This document shows, in pieces, positions 37,439-45,867 of a DNA stretch of 64,000 nt. A program made the translations under genes and the position numbers. Numbering within the stretch: position 1 is the first letter of the stretch; each line of letters opens with the position of its first letter. The stretch lies in NCBI GenBank assembly GCA_963764885.1, contig CAVXUH010000007.1, positions 749,066 to 813,065 on the forward strand, in the 5' to 3' direction. The notes beneath the pieces were generated by a model. It was given only the letters and a program-made list of their open reading frames with translations, had not been told where the DNA came from and searched no databases. This stretch comes from Candidatus Aminicenantes bacterium (GTDB taxonomy: Bacteria > Acidobacteriota > Aminicenantia > Aminicenantales > UBA8522).

Positions 37439-38473
37439 CTAGAAGATCTTCCCCGTGATCCTGATGATCTCGTTCGCCTTTTCCAGGGTCTGCATCCAGT
37501 TGATGTTGTAGTAGATGGGATCGTCGAAATTCAGGTAGCCGTAGGACGTGATCTTTTCCACCATGTCCGCGACCGAGTCCTCGACCGAGATAGCCGGGAC
37601 GAAGCCGAGGCGGGCTTTGATCTTTTCCCCGGAGACCCGGTAGCTTCGGACCCCCTTATATCTGTAGTCCGGCCGGATGTCGATGTTCCGATGGACCTTC
37701 TGGAAAGCGTCGCGGACGCGGAGGGCCAGCTCCGAGATCCTGAAGTTCCTGTAGACAAGGTTGAAGATCTCTCCGCCGACCTTGTCCTCCTCCGCTTCCA
37801 GGCAGACGATGTAGGCCTTGGCCACGTCCCGGATATCGACCAGCGGCCGCCACATCTCCCCCCCGTAGTAGGGCGTGATGTATCCCCGGGCGAGGGCGTC
37901 CCGGACGAAGGTGTTGACGACGAGGTCGTACCGCATCCTGGGGGAGAACCCGTAGACCGTTCCCTTCCTGAGGATGACGGGGCAGAAGTCCTTTCCCTTC
38001 AAGGACAGCAGGATGTTCTCGGCCTCGTATTTTGACGACGAATAAGCGGCGCGCGGCGCGACCCGGGTCGTCTCATCCAGGATGACGTCCCTTTCCTCGT
38101 CCTTGACGCCCACGTCGTAGATGGAGCAGGAGGAGGCCAGGATATACCGGGAGACGCCGGCCTTCTTGCACAGCTCGGCCGACAGCCTCGTCGCCTGGGT
38201 GTTCATCTCGTGATTGGCCTTGGGGTTGTATTCGGCCGTGGGGTCGTTCGACAGGCCGCCGATGTTGATCACCCCCCCGATGTCCTCGAGGACCCGGGGC
38301 CCGAGCTCGCGCACGTCCCCGCGAACGATCTCGACCCTGTCCTTGAGCCGTTCGATGCCTGACTCGCCGAAAAAGAACCGGTCGAAGATCTTGACGCTGT
38401 AGCCGCGCTCGAGGAGCTCCTCTGTCAGCACCGACCCGACGTACCCCGCTCCGCCGATGAGAAGGATCTTCAT
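37439..38473 (-). CDS. NAD-dependent nucleotide-sugar epimerase/dehydratase (extended SDR)
   Basis: GGAGYVG, GLSNDP, SSCSIY, YSSSK and RMRYDLVVN motifs. Confidence 0.9.
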   Translation of the reverse strand: MKILLIGGAGYVGSVLTEELLERGYSVKIFDRFFFGESGIERLKDRVEIVRGDVRELGPRVLEDIGGVINIGGLSNDPTAEYNPKANHEMNTQATRLSAELCKKAGVSRYILASSCSIYDVGVKDEERDVILDETTRVAPRAAYSSSKYEAENILLSLKGKDFCPVILRKGTVYGFSPRMRYDLVVNTFVRDALARGYITPYYGGEMWRPLVDIRDVAKAYIVCLEAEEDKVGGEIFNLVYRNFRISELALRVRDAFQKVHRNIDIRPDYRYKGVRSYRVSGEKIKARLGFVPAISVEDSVADMVEKITSYGYLNFDDPIYYNINWMQTLEKANEIIRITGKIF

Positions 38474-38474
38474 G

Positions 38475-38924
38475 TCATCGCCCCTTGACGCTCCAGACAT
38501 CGCCGAACGTATCCGGGGGGAGGCGCACCTCGTCCGGATTCTCCCGCCTGTAAACCTCGCTCGCCGTGCTCAGCATCTGGGTGTCGTCTTCGAGCGACAT
38601 CCAGCCATGGAAGACGCCGGGCGGGACGACGATCAGGCACGGGTTCAGGGAGCTGGCGACGAAGACGTCCTGCTCTTTGTAGGTCGGGCTTCCCTCCCGG
38701 TCGTCAACCAGGACGAACTTAGCCGCGCCGTGGGAGATGAAGAACCAGTCCCAGAGCTCTTCGTGCTTGTGGAAGGCCCGCACCGTGCCCTTCCCGAAAT
38801 TCCCCACGAGATAGACCTGGCCGAACCGGGTGAAGTGCGGGTCCGAGGCCCGGAGGATCTCGATCAGATATCCCCGGTCGTCCACCCGCGCTTCCAGGTC
38901 GATCCTGGCTGCGTCCTTGATCAT
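38475..38924 (-). CDS. RmlC-like cupin (dTDP-4-keto-sugar 3,5-epimerase family)
   Basis: DDRG, RAFHKH, DDREGSPT and PPGVFHG motifs. Confidence 0.85.
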   Translation of the reverse strand: MIKDAARIDLEARVDDRGYLIEILRASDPHFTRFGQVYLVGNFGKGTVRAFHKHEELWDWFFISHGAAKFVLVDDREGSPTYKEQDVFVASSLNPCLIVVPPGVFHGWMSLEDDTQMLSTASEVYRRENPDEVRLPPDTFGDVWSVKGR

Positions 38925-38925
38925 G

Positions 38926-39780
38926 TCATCCCTCCTTGGCGAGGGCCGCTTCCTCGCTGAGATAATCCGTGAGAGCTTCTTTCCAGTGCCGCAGGGGCTC
39001 GAGCTTGGCGCTGGTCAGCGGCGTATAGAGGGGCCGTTTGATGCCCTCGGCCTCCGCGGCCTCGAGCCGCGGCCTGACCTCGACGGCGACGCCCGCCTGC
39101 CGGAAGATCTCCAGCGCGAACTCATACCAGCTGCAGGCGCCGCTGTTGGCGACGTGATAGATCCCCGAAGGCGCATCCTTCGCCAGGAGCTCCTTGATCT
39201 TCCGGGCGGCATCGCGGGCGTAGGTGGGGCTCGAGACGACGTTGGCGCTGACCTCGACCAGCGGCCGCGTCCGGGCCGCCAGGAGCATGGTCTTGACGAA
39301 GTTCTTCCCGCCCTTGGCCCGACAGCCCCGGCTGCCGAACAGGCTCGAGGTCCGGATGATGTGGTAGCGGCCGGCGGCAGGAACGAAAAACTCGCCGGCG
39401 GCCTTGGACACGCCATAGACGTTCAGCGGGCTGGGGATGTCGTCCTCCGTGTAGGGCGAGGTTTTTCGGCCGTCGAACACATAGTCGGTGCTGACGTGGA
39501 CCAACCGCGCGCCCGCCGCCAGGCAGGCCCGGGCGAGGTTCCTGGCCCCCAGGCCGTTGACCTTGAAGGCCGTCTCGGGGTCCTTCTCGCAGGCGGGCAG
39601 GTTGTGGAAGGCCGCCGTATTGATGACCGCCTCGGGCGCCGCGGCGGCGATGACCGCGGCCGTCCGCGCCGTGTCGGCGATCTCGATGTCCGCGTGGGTC
39701 AGCGGCACGGCGTCCGGGCCGAGCGCCATCCGGAGCTCGGTGCCCAGTTGACCGTCGGCGCCTATGAGCAGGGTTTTCAT
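38926..39780 (-). CDS. rmlD: dTDP-4-dehydrorhamnose reductase family
   Basis: GADGQLG, STDYVFDG, YGVSK, SPTY and SWYEFA motifs. Confidence 0.9.
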   Translation of the reverse strand: MKTLLIGADGQLGTELRMALGPDAVPLTHADIEIADTARTAAVIAAAAPEAVINTAAFHNLPACEKDPETAFKVNGLGARNLARACLAAGARLVHVSTDYVFDGRKTSPYTEDDIPSPLNVYGVSKAAGEFFVPAAGRYHIIRTSSLFGSRGCRAKGGKNFVKTMLLAARTRPLVEVSANVVSSPTYARDAARKIKELLAKDAPSGIYHVANSGACSWYEFALEIFRQAGVAVEVRPRLEAAEAEGIKRPLYTPLTSAKLEPLRHWKEALTDYLSEEAALAKEG

Positions 39781-39792
39781 TTCCGGACCGAC

Positions 39793-39999
39793 CTAGTATC
39801 CCGTCTCGTAAGTTCCTTTCCAAAGTCCCGCGTATAGACGGGACACTTCCAGGGGGGCGTCAAGCTCCCCCCTCGGCGTTTCGTTTCACTCCACTAACCC
39901 TCTGAGGGGAATGACCCCGTCCCCCTCAAAACTCCCCCGCAGTGGTGCGTCTTCGTCGCACTTTGAAAATGCCAAGTTATTTACGAGCCGCACCACTAG
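39793..39999. mobile_element. CTAG-bounded ~207-bp structured repeat (MITE-like), copy B
   Basis: CTAGTATCCCGTCTCGTAA ... TTACGAGCCGCACCACTAG; core near-identical to 2359-2563, same orientation. Confidence 0.75.
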
Positions 40000-40022
40000 T
40001 TATACCAGCATCGAGGCGGTTT

Positions 40023-41012
40023 TCAAAGCGCCTCGCGGGCCGGCGGGGCGGCCGCCTTCCGGACCCCCAGGCTGAAAAGAAGGAAGGCGGCGGTCTCGGC
40101 GAGCTTGTAACGGCGTTCGGGGTCCCGCCGCCCGGCGCCGCTGACGCCGTGATAGGCGAGCCTCAGCAGGAAACCCAGGACCGCAAGTAACCTGAAAAGA
40201 ACGGCCTCGGCCGCGCCCCTCTTTCCGCGGACGTACTCGAAAAGCATGCCGAGCCACTGGGTGTTGAATTCCTTAAGGACCCGCCGGTAGGTCACGCCGT
40301 GGTCGTGGAGGACCTTGACCCAGGGAACGTAGGAGAGCGAGATCCCCAGGCCGCCCATCCTCTCCCCCCAGTCGATGTCATCGAGATAAAAGAAATAATC
40401 CTCGTTCAGCAGCCCCACCCTCTCGACCGTTTCGCGCCGGACGAGGAGACAGGCGCCGGAGAGCCACTCCACCCTTTTGGGCTTTTTTCGCCCGCTGAAG
40501 GCCGCCTGGTCGATGAAGAGGGGCTCGGATGTGCCGGGGAAAACCCGGCTCAGGAAGAGAAAATAGGCGAGCCCGGAGAGGGCCGAAGGCAGGAATCCCC
40601 CCACGCCCGTCTGGAACCTGCCCCCCGGCAGGATGAGGGCCGGTCCCGCCGCCCCGGCCTCGGGATGACCCTCGAGATAGTCGACGAGCTCGTCCACGGC
40701 CCCCTCGAGGACAACGACGTCGGCGTTTAAAAGAAGGATGTAGTCCGACCGCCGCTCCTCGAGCACCCGCCGCAGGGCGACGTTGTTGGCCCTGGCGAAC
40801 CCCAGGTTTTCGGCGCTCCGCGTGAGCCGCACGCCGGGGAATTCGCTCTCCACCATCCCGGCGCTGCCGTCGGTCGAGGCGTTGTCGACGACGTGGACGT
40901 CGAGAGACAGCGCCCGGGCCACGGGGGCGAGGGACAGGAGGCATTTCTTCAGGAATTCACGGGCGTTCCAGGCGACGATGATGACCGAGACCTCCTTGGC
41001 CGAGCTGTCCAT
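40023..41012 (-). CDS. GT2 glycosyltransferase (WbbL/rhamnosyltransferase-like)
   Basis: VVDNASTDGS, NLGFARANN, LLNAD and SGACLL motifs. Confidence 0.92.
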   Translation of the reverse strand: MDSSAKEVSVIIVAWNAREFLKKCLLSLAPVARALSLDVHVVDNASTDGSAGMVESEFPGVRLTRSAENLGFARANNVALRRVLEERRSDYILLLNADVVVLEGAVDELVDYLEGHPEAGAAGPALILPGGRFQTGVGGFLPSALSGLAYFLFLSRVFPGTSEPLFIDQAAFSGRKKPKRVEWLSGACLLVRRETVERVGLLNEDYFFYLDDIDWGERMGGLGISLSYVPWVKVLHDHGVTYRRVLKEFNTQWLGMLFEYVRGKRGAAEAVLFRLLAVLGFLLRLAYHGVSGAGRRDPERRYKLAETAAFLLFSLGVRKAAAPPAREAL

Positions 41013-41018
41013 ACCGGA

Positions 41019-42128
41019 CTACTTTTCCCCGAGGACGGTCTCGAAATAGCGCTCGGTAAGAGCGGCGATGGCGTCCCAGTTGTAGAATTCGGCGGCCCGC
41101 CGGCGGGCTTTTTCGCCCAGCCCCCCGAGGGATGCATGATTGTCGGCGACCTGGAGGATCCTGTCCCTGAGGTCGCCAGGCTCAGCGGTCCAGTAGAGCG
41201 CGGCTTCACCCGCGACCTCGCAGTTAAAGGGATTCCGGTTCGCCAGGATGATGTTGCCGGCGCCCATGGCCTCGACGAGCGACGGGTTCGTCCCGCCCAC
41301 CTGATGTCCGTGAACGTAGGCCAGGGCCTGGACCCTGAGCTCCCTCAGCGTATCCCAATCGGGGAGGACCCCCAGGAAGACCACGCGGCTGTCGTCCCGG
41401 GCCATCTCGGTCAGCCGCCGGACGTACTTGCTGCGATAGTTCGCCCCGCCCGCGATGGCCAGCTTCAGGTCCCGGTCCGTCTTGCCGAATTCCCTGATGA
41501 TCGTCTCGACATTGTTCTCGGGCTCCAACCGACAGACCACGGCCAGGTAGCCTCCGGGCTCGAGGCCCAGGCGCCTCACCAGCCCGGGATCCCTTGAATA
41601 GATGAGCTCCGTTCCGTTCGTTATGAAGGTCGTTTCCCTGCCGTAGCGCCGCTTGTAGTAGGCGCCCATTTCCCTCGCGTCGACCACCAGGTGGCGGGTC
41701 AACCGGGTGGCCAGCCACTCGTTGAATTCGAGGAAGAGCCGGCCGTACCAGGGCCATTTCGACCGTTGCCACTCGACCCCGTCCGTGTTGATGACGATCC
41801 TCTTGCCGAATAGGCGGGGGACGAGCAGGCTGACGGCGGTGTTGTCGGCCAGCATATAGAGGAGATCGTGGCCTTCTGACAGCGCCTGGCCGACGCACAG
41901 GAAATCATAGGAAAGCGCTTCCAGGGACTTGGTGGGCAGGGCGGGCAGATGGACGAGCCGGACGCCCCGGAAGTTTTCCGGGCGCCGCCCCGGGTAGAGG
42001 TTCCGCTCGCAGTAGACCGTGACGTCGTGTCCCCGGGCGGCCAGCCGCGTCCCGACCTGTTCGGCCAGGGTCTCAAAACCCCCGATGATCGCGGGGATGC
42101 CGCGGCTTCCCAGGATGGCGATCTTCAA
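41019..42128 (-). CDS. GT4 glycosyltransferase (DUF1972/WchF-like)
   Basis: IAILGSRGIPA..GGFET, DGVEWQRSKW, RLEPENN and GGTNPSLVEAM motifs; probable TTG start at 42128. Confidence 0.88.
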   Translation of the reverse strand: MKIAILGSRGIPAIIGGFETLAEQVGTRLAARGHDVTVYCERNLYPGRRPENFRGVRLVHLPALPTKSLEALSYDFLCVGQALSEGHDLLYMLADNTAVSLLVPRLFGKRIVINTDGVEWQRSKWPWYGRLFLEFNEWLATRLTRHLVVDAREMGAYYKRRYGRETTFITNGTELIYSRDPGLVRRLGLEPGGYLAVVCRLEPENNVETIIREFGKTDRDLKLAIAGGANYRSKYVRRLTEMARDDSRVVFLGVLPDWDTLRELRVQALAYVHGHQVGGTNPSLVEAMGAGNIILANRNPFNCEVAGEAALYWTAEPGDLRDRILQVADNHASLGGLGEKARRRAAEFYNWDAIAALTERYFETVLGEK

Positions 42129-42150
42129 GCGGCCGCGCTCCCGGGCCCCG

Positions 42151-43545
42151 TCATTTGAGGACCCGCCGGATTTTAGCCGCCAGGGAAGCGGGAAGCTTCT
42201 GGAACAAGAGCCAGCCGCGTCTCTTCCCCAGGGTCCCGAGGACGGACGGGCGCGGCGGCGCGCAGACCCGCGCGAGTTCCTTCCTCGACGGGCGGCTTCT
42301 CGGGGCGGCCGCGGAGGACAGCACCTTCCGGCAATGCTCGGCAAGGGACAGGGTCACCGTATCCCAGGCGAATGAGTCCTTGACCCCGGCGATCCTCCGT
42401 TTCATATCTTCCCGGAGCGGCGCGTCGGCGGCCAGCTTCAGGATGGCCGCCTTCAGTTCCCCGGGGTCTTCCGGCCGGACGGCGATCCCCAGGCGCTCGT
42501 CGCGGACAAGGTCGGCAAAAAAGTCCCCCTCCGTGCAGAGGATGGGCAGGCCGTGCTTGAGGTAATCGAGCATCCGGGTCCGGAACGAGTAGCGGGTCTC
42601 AAGATGAGTCTTGTGGATGGAGACCCCGATGTCGGCTTCCCGGAAGTAGGCCGCCCGCCGGCCGTAATCCACCCATTCTTCATTGAAGACGACCGACCCG
42701 TCAGCGAGGCCGAGCTCCCGGGCCGCCTCCGCAGCCCGGCGGGCCATCTCGAAGCCGGGAGTCAGCGGGTTCGGGTGCTGCGTGGAGAGAAAATAGAGCT
42801 TCAGCCGCGGGTCCTCCCGCCGGGCCTGGGCCAGCGCGGCGAGGAGCGTCAGGGGATCGTACCAGCTGGAGATGACGCCCCCCCACAGCAGCACGATATC
42901 GTCGTCCCCGATCTTGCCCGTCTTTCCCCTGATCACCCGCTCTCCCCGGGGCCCGCCTTCGTCCTCCCGGATCCCGAACGGAACGATGCTCACCAGGTCG
43001 TCGGCGGAGGCAGAAAGATCGAGGGCCGCGGGATTGATCCTGTTGAGCGACAGCAGCGATCCCATCAGGAGGTCTCTCTGGCGCTCGCTCGCGCACAAGA
43101 AATGGTCCCCGCCGGCGATCAATCTATTGAAGACCGCGAGGTCATGACGGTGGATGTGATTCCGGTCCTTCAGGCTGGCCGCCCGGCCCTTATGGACAAA
43201 CAGGTTTTCGAGGACGAACGGGTCGTACAGATCGACCACGAGATGAGCGTCCAGCCCGGCCAGGAACGGGAACTTGGAGAGGATGTATCCTTGGATGAGG
43301 ATGATCCGGCTCCGCTCGGCGGCGGCCTTGAGCGACGCCGGCCGGGCGACCGAGTAACGGATGACCGAAAACGTCCCGCCGCCGGGGAGGCCGCCCGTAT
43401 CACCCGGGGAATAATCGGGGATGGCCAGGACGGCGTTCAGCCCCCGCGCCAGGCTCCTCGCGATCTCCCAGGCCCGGATGCCGGGCCCGGCCATTTTATC
43501 GCCCACCACATCGTCACTGATGATGAGGACGTCGGACATCTCCAT
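42151..43545 (-). CDS. GT-B (GT4-like) glycosyltransferase
   Basis: MAGPGIRAWE, DLYDP, WGG..WYDP and SFRTRMLDY motifs of a family common in glycan loci. Confidence 0.8.
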   Translation of the reverse strand: MEMSDVLIISDDVVGDKMAGPGIRAWEIARSLARGLNAVLAIPDYSPGDTGGLPGGGTFSVIRYSVARPASLKAAAERSRIILIQGYILSKFPFLAGLDAHLVVDLYDPFVLENLFVHKGRAASLKDRNHIHRHDLAVFNRLIAGGDHFLCASERQRDLLMGSLLSLNRINPAALDLSASADDLVSIVPFGIREDEGGPRGERVIRGKTGKIGDDDIVLLWGGVISSWYDPLTLLAALAQARREDPRLKLYFLSTQHPNPLTPGFEMARRAAEAARELGLADGSVVFNEEWVDYGRRAAYFREADIGVSIHKTHLETRYSFRTRMLDYLKHGLPILCTEGDFFADLVRDERLGIAVRPEDPGELKAAILKLAADAPLREDMKRRIAGVKDSFAWDTVTLSLAEHCRKVLSSAAAPRSRPSRKELARVCAPPRPSVLGTLGKRRGWLLFQKLPASLAAKIRRVLK

Positions 43546-43561
43546 TTTCTTTCCCGGCCGC

Positions 43562-44272
43562 TCACCGGCTCCCGGCCGGAGGGGTCCTCCAGATCAGGCT
43601 GAGAAACCTCGAGAAGAGCGCGGTCAGGGCGGCCGTGAAGAGGACCGCGGCGGCGGCCAGGAGGGCCCGGCTGCCGAACAGGCCGCCCTGCTTTCTGACG
43701 ATCCTCCCCATCTCGCCGGCGACCGTCTGCCGCGAATAGACCCTGAACATCAGATCGCCGTCGCGGGGCTCGTGCCGGAAAAAGTATTCCCCATCGGGGT
43801 AGATGTCATGCGGGTTCATCCAGATGCTGAGGGAATTCCCGTAGGTCGATTCGGCCGAGGAAAAAACGAAGTAATACTTCTTGCCGAGCGAGCCGCGGAC
43901 GGGCTTGAACCTCACGGGGTGGAAGAGGTTGTTTTTTACCCCGGCCGAGCTGAAGACCGTCTCCCGCACGAGCCGCCTCTCCGGTTTCTCCTCCCAGAGC
44001 CGGAAGAACACGGCCGCTTCGTTTTTTCTTCCGTAGGTGCCCATGGCGACATCGATCCTCGCCACATTGTCCGTCGTGGCCACGAATGTCTGGCCGACCC
44101 TGTTTTCCTGGTAGATGTTTTCCGTGGGCCGGGTATTGGGGCCGATGTCGAGGTCGAGCGTGTCGTGCCTCTTGACGAAAATCAGGTAGGCCTGAAGGAG
44201 AACAAAGAGGCCCACCAAGGCGAGTTTGACGCCGCTCGGGCTTTTCCACGGGTTGTGCATTTTCGCATCCAT
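43562..44272 (-). CDS. Hypothetical membrane-anchored protein with an extracytoplasmic beta-rich domain
   Basis: N- and C-terminal TM helices flanking a VGQTF...DLMFRVY segment. Confidence 0.7.
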   Translation of the reverse strand: MDAKMHNPWKSPSGVKLALVGLFVLLQAYLIFVKRHDTLDLDIGPNTRPTENIYQENRVGQTFVATTDNVARIDVAMGTYGRKNEAAVFFRLWEEKPERRLVRETVFSSAGVKNNLFHPVRFKPVRGSLGKKYYFVFSSAESTYGNSLSIWMNPHDIYPDGEYFFRHEPRDGDLMFRVYSRQTVAGEMGRIVRKQGGLFGSRALLAAAAVLFTAALTALFSRFLSLIWRTPPAGSR

Positions 44273-44345
44273 TTTAGCTCAGGAGGGTTTCCGTTGCACG
44301 AAAATTGTCCACCTGCGGCCGCCGCGGTCCTCTCCGGAACCGCCG

Positions 44346-44374
44346 TTGACAGGGGAAACCCGAGGACTTATATT
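44346..44374 (+). promoter_or_regulatory. Sigma70-type promoter
   Basis: TTGACA-N17-TATATT upstream of ATG 44422. Confidence 0.65.
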
Positions 44375-44421
44375 TGAGGCGGCCCCGCCGCCGCTCGCGA
44401 AACGGCGGGACGACGATTTTT

Positions 44422-45867
44422 ATGGAAGCGATGTCACCCCGTACCCGTCTCTCGATCATCATGCCGTCCTATAACGAGCGGCTGACGATCCGGGAGATAG
44501 TCCGACGGGTGCTGGACGTCGACCTCGGCGGGCTGGAGAAAGAGCTGATCATCGTCGATGACGGCTCGACGGACGGGACCCGTGATATTATCAGGGAGCT
44601 GGCCTCCCGGCACCCCGAGATCAGGATCATCCTGCAGCCCCGGAACCAGGGCAAGGGCGCGGCCGTGGCCCGCGGCCTGAAACATTCGACGGGGGACGTC
44701 ATCATCATCCAGGACGCGGATCTCGAATACAATCCCGGGGAGTATCCCCAGGTCCTGCGGCCGATCCTCGAGGGAGAAGCCGACGTCGTTTACGGCTCCA
44801 GGTTCCAGGGCTCTCCCGGCGGCCGCCGCATCATCTACTTCTGGCACTCGCTCGGGAACCGGTTCCTGACCTTCGCCGCCAACGCTTTTTCCAACCTCAA
44901 CCTCACCGACATGGAAACGTGCTACAAGGCCATGACGCGGGAGGTGGCCGCCCGGCTGGAGCTCGTTTCGAAGCGGTTCGGCGTCGAGCCCGAGATCACC
45001 TGCAAGGTGGCCCGGCTGGGCGCCCGCATCTACGAGGTCCCGATTTCCTATCGGGGCCGCACCTACGGAGAGGGGAAGAAGATCGGGCTCAAGGACGCCG
45101 TCGCGGCCTTCTGGACGATCCTGCGGTTCTTCCGCTGGGAGGCGCCGCGAGGGGACGTCGGCGCCATCACCCTCCGCCGGATGTCGGACCTCTTCCCCTA
45201 TACCGCCTGGCTGCACAAGATGTTCGAGCCGTACCTCGGGAAAAGGGTCCTCGAGGTCGGTTCGGGCGTCGGCAATCATACCCGGCTCTTTCTCGACCGG
45301 GAAAGGGTCGTGGCCTCGGACATCGAGCCGCACTACCAAACGGAGCTTCGGGCCAAGTTCGGCGACCGCGCGAACGTCAGGGTCGCCGCCTTTCGTTTCC
45401 CCCTCACCGGCGCCGAACGGGCGGAAGCGCTGGCCGAGCGGCCGGACACCGTGGTCTGCCTCAACGTCCTGGAGCACATCGAAGAGGACGCCGCGGCCGT
45501 CCGGGATTTCGCCTCGGTCCTCGGGCCCGGGGGCCGGCTGGTGCTGCTCGTGCCGGCCATGCCGTCTCTCTACGGCACGCTCGACGTTTACCTCAACCAC
45601 TATCGACGGTACGATCCGGACGGGCTGCGGAAGATCGTCGCCGGAGCGGGTTTCGAGGTCGAAGAGCTCCGCTATCTCAACCGGCCGGGTGTCGCCGGCT
45701 GGTGGCTCAACTCGCGCGTCCTCAAGAGGAAGATCCTCCCTCGCCAGCAGACCCGGGCCTTCCGGCTATTCCTTCCCCTCCTTCGGCGGGAGGAACGGCG
45801 GCCGCCCTCCTTTGGCATGTCCCTCCTCGTCTTGGCGCGGAAGGTCTGGCCGGCCGGCGGACAATGA
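44422..45867 (+). CDS. Bifunctional DPM1-like GT2 / class I SAM methyltransferase
   Basis: N-terminal VDDGSTDGT, GKGAAV, QDADLEY and DMETCYK; C-terminal LEVGSGVG, NVLEHIEED and HYRRY. Confidence 0.9.
   Translation: MEAMSPRTRLSIIMPSYNERLTIREIVRRVLDVDLGGLEKELIIVDDGSTDGTRDIIRELASRHPEIRIILQPRNQGKGAAVARGLKHSTGDVIIIQDADLEYNPGEYPQVLRPILEGEADVVYGSRFQGSPGGRRIIYFWHSLGNRFLTFAANAFSNLNLTDMETCYKAMTREVAARLELVSKRFGVEPEITCKVARLGARIYEVPISYRGRTYGEGKKIGLKDAVAAFWTILRFFRWEAPRGDVGAITLRRMSDLFPYTAWLHKMFEPYLGKRVLEVGSGVGNHTRLFLDRERVVASDIEPHYQTELRAKFGDRANVRVAAFRFPLTGAERAEALAERPDTVVCLNVLEHIEEDAAAVRDFASVLGPGGRLVLLVPAMPSLYGTLDVYLNHYRRYDPDGLRKIVAGAGFEVEELRYLNRPGVAGWWLNSRVLKRKILPRQQTRAFRLFLPLLRREERRPPSFGMSLLVLARKVWPAGGQ

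Noticed and set aside
42127-42154. ATG overlapping the upstream stop that opens a 9-codon mini-ORF before the DUF1972 glycosyltransferase
   Set aside because: An in-frame TTG at 42128 with GGGAG upstream explains the gene without invoking another frameshift.
44919-45863. N-terminal 315 aa of the 913-aa ORF-track entry
   Set aside because: Alternate-frame read-through overlapping the GT2-methyltransferase; the real gene starts at ATG 45864.
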